This document shows, piece by piece, positions 10,478-20,961 of a DNA stretch of 52,605 bases. This DNA is from Promethearchaeota archaeon. Lineage in GTDB: Archaea; Asgardarchaeota; Lokiarchaeia; Sigyniarchaeales; SOKP01. A program made the translations under genes and the position numbers. Positions within the stretch are counted from its first letter, which is position 1, and each line of letters opens with the position of its first letter. The notes below the pieces were generated by a model. It saw nothing but the letters and a program-made list of their open reading frames with translations, was not told the DNA's origin and searched no databases. Location of the stretch: positions 1 to 52,605 of the forward strand of contig JAEOTA010000008.1 of the NCBI GenBank assembly GCA_016840085.1. The letters run 5' to 3'.

Positions 10478-10879
10478 TTATAATTTTAGTAAATTTAGAA
10501 TTCTAATTGCTAAATACGCTGCATTATCACTGCTATCAATTCCAACACTCGCGACTGGAACTCCAGGAGGCATTTGCACAATTGATAATAATGCGTCTAA
10601 TCCCCCTAATTTAGTGCTAACAGGGACTCCTATTACTGGTTTATCTACTTTAGATGCGATTACTCCAGGTAAAGCTGCTGATAAGCCTGCAACAGCTATA
10701 AATACTAAAGATTCACATTTTTCTAAGTAACTATTCAATTTTTCTGGATTTCTATGAGCGGAAATAATTTGTAGATCATATGTTATATTATTTTCTTTTA
10801 AAACTTTTTCAACTTTTTCATAAACTTCTTTATCAGAAGTACTACCCGCAAGAATTGATACTAGTGGTCTTTCAGACAT
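10478..10879 (-). CDS. purE: PurE family AIR carboxylase / N5-CAIR mutase
   Basis: [46 protein letters not shown]. Confidence 0.95.
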   Translation of the reverse strand: MSERPLVSILAGSTSDKEVYEKVEKVLKENNITYDLQIISAHRNPEKLNSYLEKCESLVFIAVAGLSAALPGVIASKVDKPVIGVPVSTKLGGLDALLSIVQMPPGVPVASVGIDSSDNAAYLAIRILNLLKL

Positions 10880-11046
10880 AATTAATCTAGCAATTCTAAT
10901 AATAAAAATGATATTAATTGTTTCTTAATATCCCCAGAAATTTTTAAGAAAGATACAGTATAATTATCAAAACCTTTAATTTTAGTTTTTAATTCCATAT
11001 TATACCATTTAAATTAATAATTATAATAAAAAAAAAGGTAAATTTC

Positions 11047-12333
11047 ATGGTTGAATTAAACGAAGTTTGGTTAATAGATTATGCCAGAACAGCATTTTCA
11101 CGTTCTAGACCACGACAGCCAGAACGGGATGTATTTGGTGAAGTTAGAGGCGACGAACTTCTTGCGACTTTATTAATGAAATTCTTTGATGAAAAACTCG
11201 CAGACAAAGGAATAACAAAGGAAGAGGTTGATGAGTTCACTGTCGGAAGTGCGATGGGCGTCTATGAAGCATGGACTTATGGAGGGAGAATTCCACTATT
11301 TATGGCAAACTTTCCTGTTACTACACCAGGGTTGTTTGTGGATAGACAATGCGGTTCTGCAGGAAGTGGTATGCATGTTGGTATCATGGAAATTATGACA
11401 GGTCATAGTAAAGTCTGCTTAGCAGGGGGAGTAGAACATATGACACGTGTTCCAATGCAAAATGATTGGATAAGACCTAACTTGAATATAATTAATAGCA
11501 AAAGTGAATGGTATCGCCCATTATATGATTTTATGACAACAAGTAATATGATTCAAACAGCTCAAAAACTTTATGAGCAAGAAGTTCCAGCTTTTACAAA
11601 AGAAGATTTAGATAAATTTGGGGTACGCGCTCATAATTTAACGGTAAAAAATACCGAAGAAGGTTGGTATAAAGGTGAGATCATGCCCATAGAAGGGCAT
11701 GTTGAGGGTAATGTCGAAGAGAAAATGATGGTGGATAGGGATATGGCAGCACGAAAATCCACGTTAGAGGGCGTTGCTGGATTACGACGATTATCCAGAC
11801 CATTTTTCCTAGAAAAAAATGGAGGGAAAGAAGGGTATGAAAAAAGAGAGGGGACTAAAGAAGGAGTAATAACTGCCGGAAATTCTTCTCCATTAAATGC
11901 GGGTGCTACTACTTGTTTAGTGATGGATGCGAAAGAAGCAGAAAAACGAGGAATTAAGCCAATGGCTAGGATAGTGTCAATTGGCTGGGCAGCTGTAGAT
12001 CCAACTGTTATGGGTCGAGGCCCAGTTCCAGCGACTGAAAAGGCATTAAAAATTGCGGGTTTAACTGTAGACGATATAGATTATTGGGAAATAAATGAAG
12101 CATTTACAATTGTAACCCTTAACTGTATGAAGCATTTTAACATCCCTGAAGAAAAAGTTAATATCATGGGAGGTTCTACTGCAATTGGACACCCCTTAGG
12201 GGCAACAATGATAAGATTACCAGGCACTCTTGCTCGAATCCTAAAAGATAAAAAAGCTAAATACGGTGTTGCGAACGCTTGTTGTGGTGGTGGACAAGGA
12301 GTTGCAACAGTATTAGAAAACCTCGATGCATAA
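11047..12333 (+). CDS. Thiolase (acetyl-CoA C-acyltransferase)
   Basis: DRQCGSA, GGVEHM, TAGNSSPLNAGA, EINEAF, GHPLGAT, CCGGGQG. Confidence 0.95.
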   Translation: MVELNEVWLIDYARTAFSRSRPRQPERDVFGEVRGDELLATLLMKFFDEKLADKGITKEEVDEFTVGSAMGVYEAWTYGGRIPLFMANFPVTTPGLFVDRQCGSAGSGMHVGIMEIMTGHSKVCLAGGVEHMTRVPMQNDWIRPNLNIINSKSEWYRPLYDFMTTSNMIQTAQKLYEQEVPAFTKEDLDKFGVRAHNLTVKNTEEGWYKGEIMPIEGHVEGNVEEKMMVDRDMAARKSTLEGVAGLRRLSRPFFLEKNGGKEGYEKREGTKEGVITAGNSSPLNAGATTCLVMDAKEAEKRGIKPMARIVSIGWAAVDPTVMGRGPVPATEKALKIAGLTVDDIDYWEINEAFTIVTLNCMKHFNIPEEKVNIMGGSTAIGHPLGATMIRLPGTLARILKDKKAKYGVANACCGGGQGVATVLENLDA

Positions 12334-12348
12334 AAAAATCTTTAATTA

Positions 12349-12400
12349 ATTTTACTTCTTTTTAATTTTTTTTAGTTTCTTTTAATTTTTTAGACTTTTG
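12349..12400 (+). terminator. Oligo-T tracts downstream of thiolase (archaeal-type terminator)
   Basis: Several consecutive T runs shortly after the stop codon. Confidence 0.45.
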
Positions 12401-12508
12401 AATTATAATATCTAATCACTTTAGAATCATTTGCTTTCTGAGTAATATTTAAATATTAACCTATAACAAATTAACTTACATACACATTAAATTTTAAGTG
12501 AAATCAAA

Positions 12509-12715
12509 ATGACCGTTTATAAAAGTATACAGTTAGTTGGAACATCAGATAAAAATTGGGCTGACGCCGTTAAAAATTGTTATGACGAAGCCAAAAAGAC
12601 CCTACGCGGAATTAGAAATATCCAGATAATTGAATCTGATGTGAAAGTTAAAGAGGACGTGGACAAGCTTATATATAGATGCCGTGTGCAAGTTAATTTC
12701 CAATTAGAGAGATAA
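12509..12715 (+). CDS. Dodecin family flavin-binding protein
   Basis: 68 aa; VYKSIQLVGTS..W.DAV..A.KTLRG..YRCRVQVNF. Confidence 0.9.
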   Translation: MTVYKSIQLVGTSDKNWADAVKNCYDEAKKTLRGIRNIQIIESDVKVKEDVDKLIYRCRVQVNFQLER

Positions 12716-12892
12716 ATTTCAAAAATTATTTAATTTTTTTTCCTATTTTCTATTTTTCATGAAAGCTTGAAGAAAAGCTTAAATTTAAAGAGATTTTAAT
12801 AAACAAACAGAAAACCTTAAAAAAGTTAAGTATTAAATTTTAAATATTTTGGAGATCTATTTAGATTTTATACATTCTAGGATTAATTTGAT

Positions 12893-13021
12893 ATGACTCT
12901 TTTAGACATAATTTCTGAATTACTTTCAAATCCAGTGGTTTTGCGATATATTATTGGCGGAATCATTTTGATTGTTGTTATCATTATCTGCTATGCTATC
13001 CATAATAAGTTAATAAAATAA
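12893..13021 (+). CDS. Putative 42-aa single-pass membrane microprotein (below ORF-track cutoff)
   Basis: ATG..TAA, MTLLDIISELLSNPVVLRYIIGGIILIVVIIICYAIHNKLIK; clean TM segment followed by basic residues. Confidence 0.6.
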   Translation: MTLLDIISELLSNPVVLRYIIGGIILIVVIIICYAIHNKLIK

Positions 13022-13065
13022 TTGCTATTATTTCAAAGATTCTTATTGAAGAGTTATCACTTATT

Positions 13066-13818
13066 CTAAGGATTGAAATCCTCCAAATATTTTAGTAATT
13101 CAGGTAATGTTTTTTTATTTAAGGTGAGAAAGTCGCCATCGATATTAACATGAAATTTTTCCCCCAAATCAATTAATAACTCATATAATTTTGTTTTATC
13201 GATATCTAATAAGTTTTGAATTATATCAATCTTAATTCGATTGGACATTTTAAGTAAAGAGATTAATTGTGAACGATCTTGTTTTCGGTTGATTTCAGTT
13301 TTAGCTTCCTTGAGTTCATCTAAACTTTTTCGAATATGGGTTCTAGCTTGAAGTGCATATGTGAATTTTGAATCGATTTTTAAGGCTTTTTCATAGTGTA
13401 TCAAAGCTTTATGTAAATCACCAATAGTTTCATAAAGTAAACCTAAGTTATAAATACAGTGCTTATAGTCCGGTTTTAGACTAAGTGCCTTCTCATATGA
13501 TTGTTTAGCTTTTTCTATTTCATTTAAGTTAAAATAAGCGATTCCCTTGTTATAGTATGCTCTATAGTTATTTGGGTCGATTTCAATAATCTTGTTAAAG
13601 ATATTCTTAGCCTTCTTAAATTCTAATGTGTAATCATCGTTAAGATATCCTCCATAAGATAATAACGTATCTATAAAAGTCTCTTTTACTTTTTCGGAAT
13701 CAGTGTCAGTTTTGTATAACTCTTCCAAAAGTTCCAGAGCGTCTTCAAATTTTTCTTGATTTCTTAGATTTATTGCTTTTTTAATAAGATCTTCGAGATT
13801 AGTCAAACTTTTCATCAA
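13066..13818 (-). CDS. TPR protein with C-terminal winged-helix/PCI-like domain
   Basis: TPR consensus AYYNKGIAYFNL..A...YEKAL...P and YNLGLLY..GD...A...YEKAL; C-terminal RIKIDIIQNLL..VNIDGDFL. Confidence 0.85.
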   Translation of the reverse strand: MMKSLTNLEDLIKKAINLRNQEKFEDALELLEELYKTDTDSEKVKETFIDTLLSYGGYLNDDYTLEFKKAKNIFNKIIEIDPNNYRAYYNKGIAYFNLNEIEKAKQSYEKALSLKPDYKHCIYNLGLLYETIGDLHKALIHYEKALKIDSKFTYALQARTHIRKSLDELKEAKTEINRKQDRSQLISLLKMSNRIKIDIIQNLLDIDKTKLYELLIDLGEKFHVNIDGDFLTLNKKTLPELLKYLEDFNP

Positions 13819-13863
13819 CTTGTTAAATAATTATAAATATAATAAGAAAAAATTAGTATATGA

Positions 13864-14328
13864 CTATATATCATATTCATACCAGATGTATTTAGATTTT
13901 TTTACTCCTAACTTTATGAGTAAACTCCGGAGAGCAGAATCGGAATCGGGACAAATATAATAGACCTTATCAATTTTCAGGGTTCTTTTTATATATAATT
14001 GTAATTCTCGAACTATTTTTTCTTCAATTCCTTTTTTAAAAGATTCTTCTTTTTTTGTTAAAACTTGATGAATTACAACTCTATCATTACCTAAATAGTC
14101 TCGAAATAATGTATAGGTTCCAAAACCTATGATTTTTCCCTCTTCTTTTGCTACAACCATTGAATTTCTATATTGAAGGTCAAGACTCCTTCGATTCAAT
14201 TCTTCCTCAAATTTATTCCAATGGGAGAAGAAATAAGATTTGTTTTCTATAAAATCTTCAAATATTTCTTTTAATGCTTCTTTATCACTTCTAGGGTCAT
14301 ATCTATCAATAACAATCAAAATTTTCAC
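13864..14328 (-). CDS. GNAT-like protein
   Basis: VVAKEEGKIIGFG, FKKGIEEKIV (motif A-like). Confidence 0.65.
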   Translation of the reverse strand: MKILIVIDRYDPRSDKEALKEIFEDFIENKSYFFSHWNKFEEELNRRSLDLQYRNSMVVAKEEGKIIGFGTYTLFRDYLGNDRVVIHQVLTKKEESFKKGIEEKIVRELQLYIKRTLKIDKVYYICPDSDSALRSLLIKLGVKKSKYIWYEYDI

Positions 14329-14461
14329 CAGTAGAAATATTATTTATTTTTAAATTGTTTAAATGAATAATAATTTTATAAGATTGTTTTCTTTACAGAT
14401 TTAATTAGTCTTTAATAAGCATCTTTTTTTAAAAATTTAGAATATATAAGATTGATCTATA

Positions 14462-14992
14462 ATGAGTCTGGACAATAAAAATTCAGATAAGAATCAAGAA
14501 AAGATATTAGTCCCCATTAAAAAATTGAGGAAAGATGTAGAGATTCCTAATCCATCAAAACCGGGTGATGCTGGTGCAGATGCGAGAATTACAGGATTTA
14601 AAAAAGCAATTAAAAAAGAAGATAAAAGAGAATTAATAGAAATCAATACAGATTTTTATACTCTAAAACCATTAGAGCGAATTGGGTGCCAATTGGGTTT
14701 TGCGACGGCAATTCCTGAAGGATACTATTTTAAAGTTGTGCCTAGAAGCGGGTTGGCTTTATGGGAAGGAATCTCTATTGTCAATAGTCCTGGAACTATA
14801 GATTCTGGATTTAGGCACGAATGGATGGCAATAGTGGTAAATCTCTCTAATGAACAAGCTACTCTTAAGAAAGGTGATAGAATTTGTCAAATTATTTTTT
14901 CTAAGATGAATGATTATGAATTTATTGAAACTGACAAGTTGCCTGACTCTGAACGGGGAAAAGGGGGTTTTGGGAGTACAGGTAAGAAATAA
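14462..14992 (+). CDS. dut: dUTP diphosphatase (trimeric dUTPase)
   Basis: DAGAD, PRSGLA, NSPGTIDSGFR, GDRICQ, RGKGGFGSTG. Confidence 0.96.
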   Translation: MSLDNKNSDKNQEKILVPIKKLRKDVEIPNPSKPGDAGADARITGFKKAIKKEDKRELIEINTDFYTLKPLERIGCQLGFATAIPEGYYFKVVPRSGLALWEGISIVNSPGTIDSGFRHEWMAIVVNLSNEQATLKKGDRICQIIFSKMNDYEFIETDKLPDSERGKGGFGSTGKK

Positions 14993-15034
14993 TTTTAAAT
15001 TAAGTATTAATATTTTAATGCGATACGATTAAAT

Positions 15035-15241
15035 ATGTCAGAATTAACTTATGAAGAAAAATTTATAATTGAAAAGCTTAAAGAAAATGAGAGTAAGCTT
15101 AATTACAAGGAATTACAAATATTATGCCAAGATGAATTCGAAGGAGTAAGATTAATTTTAAAAAAACTAAAAGAGAAAGGAATTGTTGAATATCAGGGAA
15201 TGATTCCGGGATTTTCCGCTGAAATTGAGTTAGTGAAATAA
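15035..15241 (+). CDS. Small winged-helix-like hypothetical protein
   Basis: 68 aa; LNYKELQ..VRLILKKLKEKGIVEY pattern. Confidence 0.65.
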   Translation: MSELTYEEKFIIEKLKENESKLNYKELQILCQDEFEGVRLILKKLKEKGIVEYQGMIPGFSAEIELVK

Positions 15242-15324
15242 ATTTAGTAATAAAAATCAACTAATAATAAAGCTCTTATTGTTTTCTATATTTTCTTTTT
15301 TAATATTTTAGTTTTAAGGATATT

Positions 15325-16842
15325 ATGAGTGAACTCAATAAAGAATCAATTAAAGAAAATTTTATTGAAGATTTTTTAAATCCGAAGAGTATTGCCGTCT
15401 TTGGAGCGAATAATAATTTACTTGGCACAATGGGTTCTATGCAACTTCGCAATATTATTGCTGGTGGTGGATTTGAAGAAAATATTTTTCCTGTTCATCC
15501 ACGATTAGAGAAAGTTCAAGGTTTTAAAGCATATAAATCTGTATTTGATATCCCAATAATTCCCGATTTAGCTTTTTTAATATTACCAACCCGGATAGTG
15601 CCAGAAGTTATGGAACAATGCGGTCAAAAAGGCATCAAACGGTTAATTATAACTTCGGGTGGATTTAGAGAAAGTGGTTCAAATGGACTTGAATTATCGC
15701 GGAAAATTGATGAAGTTGCAAATAAATATAATATGAGATTTATCGGGCCTAATTGTTTAGGAGTTTTTAATGGATGGTTTCGCTATCCAGAGAAAAATAA
15801 TGCATATTTTAATACATTTTGGATTTATCTTCCCCATAAAAGAGGTAATATATCAATTGTGAGTCAATCAGGCACAATTGCAGCCCAAACAGCTTGGTAT
15901 ACAAATGATATGGGTGTAAAAATTGGTAAATCTATATCAGTTGGTAATGAGAGAAATATTGATATTGTGGATTTATTAGAGTATTTTAAGGATGATCCTC
16001 AAACTGGTGTAATAGGACTCTATATTGAAGAAATAAAGCGTGGAAAAGAATTCAGAAAATTAGTAAAAGAAATTACACCTAAAAAGCCAATTGTAGCAAT
16101 ATATGCTGGAGGAACTGAAGCAGCTGCAAGATCCATTATGTCACATACAGGTTCTATTAGTGGTGATGATAAAATTTATGATGCTGTGTTCAAAGAAACG
16201 GGTATAATTTCTACTAATTCTATTTCAGATTTTTTATATTACCTTAGAACGTTATCTCAAGCACAGTCTTATAATGTATATCCTAAGGGCAAACGCGTCG
16301 GAATAATTACAGATTCGGGAGGTCCAGGGGCAATGATGACAAAAACTGCAGAACTATATGGATTAGAGGTTCCAGAATTTTCTAAATCATTACAAGAAGA
16401 AATTGCTAAAGAATTGCCGACAACAGCAAGTGCTACTAATCCTATAGATGTCACGTTTCATGAGAACTTTTTAAATATGCTAATTAAGTTCCCAAAAATG
16501 TTAGTAAAATCTAAAGAGGTTGACAACATAATTGCTTTTGGTATTTATGATTTTGATGAAATTATGGAGGTTATTAAGAGTTCAGGTGGAGAAATTGATG
16601 AGAGGATGAAAGAATTAGAAAACCTAATTGAACCTGTTGTAATAAAGCCAATAAAAAAGTTAATGAAAAAATACTCAATTCCTGTGTTTTATGCTGGACC
16701 CGTTCCTTACAGAACTTCTTTGATGGAAAAATTCAGTTCTTCAGACATCCCCGTTTTTTCGCTATGGGATCAACCGACAAAGTGTTTGGCAATGTTAATA
16801 AACTATTCTGAATTTCGAAATGAGCATAATAAAGCTTTATAA
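15325..16842 (+). CDS. Acyl-CoA synthetase (NDP-forming) alpha subunit
   Basis: NPKSIAVFGA, GGFRE, GPNCLG, SQSG, SVGNE, phospho-His SHTGS, SGGPG, NPIDV. No fused ATP-grasp domain. Confidence 0.9.
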   Translation: MSELNKESIKENFIEDFLNPKSIAVFGANNNLLGTMGSMQLRNIIAGGGFEENIFPVHPRLEKVQGFKAYKSVFDIPIIPDLAFLILPTRIVPEVMEQCGQKGIKRLIITSGGFRESGSNGLELSRKIDEVANKYNMRFIGPNCLGVFNGWFRYPEKNNAYFNTFWIYLPHKRGNISIVSQSGTIAAQTAWYTNDMGVKIGKSISVGNERNIDIVDLLEYFKDDPQTGVIGLYIEEIKRGKEFRKLVKEITPKKPIVAIYAGGTEAAARSIMSHTGSISGDDKIYDAVFKETGIISTNSISDFLYYLRTLSQAQSYNVYPKGKRVGIITDSGGPGAMMTKTAELYGLEVPEFSKSLQEEIAKELPTTASATNPIDVTFHENFLNMLIKFPKMLVKSKEVDNIIAFGIYDFDEIMEVIKSSGGEIDERMKELENLIEPVVIKPIKKLMKKYSIPVFYAGPVPYRTSLMEKFSSSDIPVFSLWDQPTKCLAMLINYSEFRNEHNKAL

Positions 16843-17091
16843 TATTAATTTGGTTTTTTATTATAAGTCATTTTTATAGGATTAAATGAAATCCTAATAT
16901 TTTTTTTATTGGAATAAATTTAAATAATGGTTCTTAATATTAAATTAATTGAAGATTAGATTCAAATCTCTTTAAAAATAATACAATTCGATTAGAAGAA
17001 TGAATTCTAATAGGAAGAATTATATTAGAATTTATTCTACATTTCCTGTTATTAATATAGATTTAATGGAGTAAATTATAGTTTATAATAG

Positions 17092-18249
17092 GTGTTATTA
17101 ATTTCAAAAGATATAAGTAAAAATAAAATTGATAAACAGATTCTAAGAAAGCTAGAAGGGGTATATCGGAAATTATTTGAATCTTCACCAAATATGATTA
17201 TTTTAATTGATAGTAATGCAGAAATAATAGATATTAATACTCAAACTTTAGAATTTTTAAATCTAGAAAAAGATATTATTATTGGGAAGGATATAAGTGA
17301 GTTATCCTTTATTCCAGCTGAAATACTACAAAATTTAAAAAAAAAATTCAGAAAACTACTAAATAACGGTTATATAAATTCAATCGAATTAAAACTTGAA
17401 AGCCTACGAAATGAGACAAAATGGATGAATATCCAAGGATCAATTGTACAAGTAAAAAATAAGACTCTTATTCAGCTTATAATTCAAGATATTACCACTA
17501 GAAAGAAGGCTGAATTTCTAATTAGAAAAGAAGTAAAAAAACTTAAAGATTTAGATCAGAAAAAAACTGATTTTGTAAATCGTGCGTCTCATGAATTAAA
17601 AACTCCGATTTCTTCGATATATGGGGCATGCCAATTGCTTTATAAATTATATAAGGATGAATTGAATGAAGAAGCTTCAGAATTATTAAAGATTGCATTA
17701 AGAAGCGGAGCTAGACTTAAAAATTTAATCTATAATTTATTTGATGTGTCAAAAATAGATTCTTATAATTTTAAATTAACTAAACATAGAATTGATTTAA
17801 CCAAAATATTTAGGGATTGTATAGAAGATTTATCTTACCTTATTAACAATAATCGATTAAAAGTTTCATTAGATTGTCCAAAAGAAATATTTATAGTAGT
17901 GGATCAATTTAAAATAGAAGAAGTAATTTCAAATATTCTCATGAATTCAATTAAAAATACTCCATCTGGAGGGAAGATATTTTGCAATTTGAAAAGAAAA
18001 GACAATTATATTGAAGTTTCTATTAAAGATACGGGCATTGGAATTACAAAAGAAGAAATGAAAAAATTATTTACAAAATTCGGAAAAATTGAGAGGCGTA
18101 GTTTAAACGTTGAAATTGATAATGAAGGTTCAGGTCTAGGGCTATACCTATCAAAAAAAATTATTACTTTACATGAAGGTCAAATATGGGCTGAATCAGA
18201 AGGTAGGAACAAAGGTACTAAAATTATTTTTACTTTACCATTAAATTAA
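17092..18249 (+). CDS. PAS-domain histidine kinase (soluble)
   Basis: YRKLFESSP PAS domain; H-box ASHELKTP; N-box NILMNSIK; DTGIG; GSGLGL. Confidence 0.95.
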   Translation: MLLISKDISKNKIDKQILRKLEGVYRKLFESSPNMIILIDSNAEIIDINTQTLEFLNLEKDIIIGKDISELSFIPAEILQNLKKKFRKLLNNGYINSIELKLESLRNETKWMNIQGSIVQVKNKTLIQLIIQDITTRKKAEFLIRKEVKKLKDLDQKKTDFVNRASHELKTPISSIYGACQLLYKLYKDELNEEASELLKIALRSGARLKNLIYNLFDVSKIDSYNFKLTKHRIDLTKIFRDCIEDLSYLINNNRLKVSLDCPKEIFIVVDQFKIEEVISNILMNSIKNTPSGGKIFCNLKRKDNYIEVSIKDTGIGITKEEMKKLFTKFGKIERRSLNVEIDNEGSGLGLYLSKKIITLHEGQIWAESEGRNKGTKIIFTLPLN

Positions 18250-18309
18250 GGTTATTTTAAATATTAGAAGATCTTATTGTTTTAATAATTCTTATACTTA
18301 TTAATCATC

Positions 18310-18876
18310 TTGAGAAGTGATAAAGAAATGAAAACAGATTATATTTTCAAAATTTGTATATTAGGACAAAGTGAAGTTGGAAAAACTTGTTTTGCTAGAA
18401 GACTTTGTTATAATACTTTTGATGCAAATATAAAAGAAACCTTAGGTCTTGATTTTTATTCTTATGATCTCATATTAACTATTCAAGAAAAAGAAGTAGT
18501 TGTAAAACTCTCAATCTGGGATTTTGGATCACAGGAACATTTTAAAAAATTATTTAGGTATTATATAACAGGGGTTAATGGGCTTTTTTTAGCTTTTGAT
18601 CTTGTAAATGTTCAAAGTTTATTAAATCTAAAATGGTGGTATGATAAATTACTCGAATATAATCATGAAAATATCCCAATAATACTTTTGGGCACAAAAA
18701 ATGATTTAACCTCTAATTCACCTATAAAAAATATTGTCGATGAAAATACAATATTCTCAACTCTAAACGAATTTAAGATCAGGAACTTCATACGAACTTC
18801 GTCGAAAGAGAATTATAATATCCTTAACAGTTTTAAAAAATTGGTAAAAGAAATCTTAGTATATTATGAATTGTAA
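18310..18876 (+). CDS. Rab/Ras-like small GTPase
   Basis: YIFKICILGQSEVGKT (G1), TLGLDF (G2), IWDFGSQE (G3), GTKND (G4), TSSK (G5); no C-terminal Cys. Confidence 0.9.
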   Translation: MRSDKEMKTDYIFKICILGQSEVGKTCFARRLCYNTFDANIKETLGLDFYSYDLILTIQEKEVVVKLSIWDFGSQEHFKKLFRYYITGVNGLFLAFDLVNVQSLLNLKWWYDKLLEYNHENIPIILLGTKNDLTSNSPIKNIVDENTIFSTLNEFKIRNFIRTSSKENYNILNSFKKLVKEILVYYEL

Positions 18877-19025
18877 TACAATAAAATTTGTCCAAAAATT
18901 TATCCTCCAATGATTAATTCTTAATCAAATCCACCACTAATTATTTATATATATTATTTCTATAATCAATTGAAAAAGAGTATTAAAAACTGAAATTAAT
19001 TCATTTTAATTTCTGGGTTTAAAGT

Positions 19026-20033
19026 GTGTTGATAGTGCCGATAGAATTTTATAAGCCACCATTAGCGATACTAGCATCTGGATCAAAATTAGGAGTTGAG
19101 CTTGGAGGTTCAAAGTGTATTCTAAGTATTGATAGTTTTCATAATTTATACTCTGAGAGAATTATTTATAGCGAGTTAAGTTGGGGGTCCTTTTATCAAG
19201 AAGAGGGATTAGAAGATCAAATCGACACATTTGAAACTAAGCAATATGATTCTGTGCGTGAGAACCCTGAAGCTTTAGTTAATACTATAATAGAAAGTAT
19301 TTACAATATAATTAACAACGGAAAACTCTTTTATGGAATTGCTGATTTTGAAGTAGATGCATTTCTCAATCAGAATACAATCATTCCAGGATTAAAATTG
19401 GACTATGAAATTATAAATAAGCTACTAAAGGCTCATAAAAAGACGAGAGATGAAGAATTATTCCCAAAAATATTATCTGATGCAAAAGGAAGTCATAAAA
19501 TCAAGGTAGAATTTCAAGGGAGTAAGAAAAAGAATCTTCATCTTTTAGGGACAAAACTAGAAGATTTTGCAGATAAGTTAAGGTTAGCTAAGGGTTTCGC
19601 CACTGGAATCGTGTGCACTTCCCGAGGTGCTGCTAATCTTTATATTATGAGTGATAATATCGTATTTAAAGATGATGTATTTCCGGAGCTTTACATTGAT
19701 GAGGAAAATCTTCAAATAATCGATTTAGGGATTGAAAGAGAATTATTATTTCCTATTAGCTGGTTCAGAATTGACCTTGGTATTAAATCATTAGAAACAT
19801 TAGAACTTTGGGATGACATTAAAGATGATCCAAAATTACAGAAAGCGTTTGAATATTATGACCGATATATCACTGGATTAGTATATAAGAAGTTTCAAGT
19901 TTTAGCTTCTACTGAAAAAATAGGAAGAGATGGAGAGGACGATTTTGATATTCTTACCACCGAAGAAAGAAGGCAAGCGCTTAGAGATATGGCTCAAGCA
20001 ATAAGGAAATTGACAGATGAATACAAGAAATAG
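19026..20033 (+). CDS. Hypothetical protein
   Basis: 335-aa ORF; no motif recognised. Confidence 0.75.
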   Translation: MLIVPIEFYKPPLAILASGSKLGVELGGSKCILSIDSFHNLYSERIIYSELSWGSFYQEEGLEDQIDTFETKQYDSVRENPEALVNTIIESIYNIINNGKLFYGIADFEVDAFLNQNTIIPGLKLDYEIINKLLKAHKKTRDEELFPKILSDAKGSHKIKVEFQGSKKKNLHLLGTKLEDFADKLRLAKGFATGIVCTSRGAANLYIMSDNIVFKDDVFPELYIDEENLQIIDLGIERELLFPISWFRIDLGIKSLETLELWDDIKDDPKLQKAFEYYDRYITGLVYKKFQVLASTEKIGRDGEDDFDILTTEERRQALRDMAQAIRKLTDEYKK

Positions 20034-20040
20034 AATTTTC

Positions 20041-20346
20041 TTATTCTTTTAGAATTCTAGGAGCCTTGAAAAACCCATCTTTTTTGTGTTGAGCGTTTTT
20101 TAAGGCTTCTTCATTTGAAAGGGATTTCCAAGGAATATCTTCGCGGAAAACATTCTTCAAACCATCTATAGGATGGGTGGTAGGTTTTACATTAGTAGTA
20201 TCTAAATCATCTAATTTCTTAAAATAATTTAAGATATCACCTAATTGATTAGAAAGTTTTTCTTGTTCCTCCTCTGTTAAATCTAATAACGCTAATTTTG
20301 AGATGTGCTCTATAGTTTCCTTCGAAAATTCTTCTTTTTTAGACAT
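20041..20346 (-). CDS. gatC: Asp/Glu-tRNA amidotransferase subunit C
   Basis: IEHISKLALLDL, LDTTNVKPT, NVFRED, FFKAPRIL. Start moved to ATG at 20346 (MSKKEEF). Confidence 0.93.
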   Translation of the reverse strand: MSKKEEFSKETIEHISKLALLDLTEEEQEKLSNQLGDILNYFKKLDDLDTTNVKPTTHPIDGLKNVFREDIPWKSLSNEEALKNAQHKKDGFFKAPRILKE

Positions 20347-20462
20347 ACTGAATTCAATAAAGTATAGTTGTAAATTATAATTAAGCTTAATCATCTTAGG
20401 ATTGTTAAAAATAATTATTTATAATAAAAAGAGTTATTTAGTATCTTCCTTTTATTCGAAAT

Positions 20463-20816
20463 ATGAATGATAAAGAAGACTTATGGCTTGAAATTCCAAG
20501 TTATGCTTATATCTCTCTTGCTCGTAGGGGTATGGAAAAAATTTCATTAGATCAATGTTTTTTGAAAGGATGTGATAATGAAGACCTTAAATTATTAGAA
20601 CCTTTTAAGAAGGAAGAATATGAGGAGGAAAACAAGCAAATTAAAAAAATCCATATCAAATGTAAAAAATGTGGAGGCATATTTATTTTAAAGTTAGTAA
20701 CTTTGAAAAAAGTAGCAAAATCTACTAAAGATGAGAATGAAGAACCTCTCTCAATGGGTATAGTCTACTCATTAGACGAAAAAGAAAATTCACTTGGTCA
20801 TATTGGCTATTTTTAA
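20463..20816 (+). CDS. Hypothetical protein, possible Zn-binding
   Basis: CFLKGC and CKKC pairs. Confidence 0.7.
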   Translation: MNDKEDLWLEIPSYAYISLARRGMEKISLDQCFLKGCDNEDLKLLEPFKKEEYEEENKQIKKIHIKCKKCGGIFILKLVTLKKVAKSTKDENEEPLSMGIVYSLDEKENSLGHIGYF

Positions 20817-20961
20817 AAAGAAATTTTGTATACTTTATAATTTTTTATGGATGAAAATATCTGTAAGAAGGAGTTTGAGTGGAGGATTTTGCTTCAATTC
20901 TATAGTTTGATGAGATCTATAAAAACTATTAAAAATTTGATTTGATTTCTTTATATAACTT

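Noticed and set aside
16877-17039. Short inverted repeats upstream of the histidine kinase (TAGGATT..AATCCTA; ATTAGAA..TTCTAAT)
   Set aside because: 6-7 bp AT-rich arms are expected by chance at this composition.
20848-20946. 32-codon ORF upstream of the HAD gene
   Set aside because: No motif or TM signal and no supporting evidence of coding.
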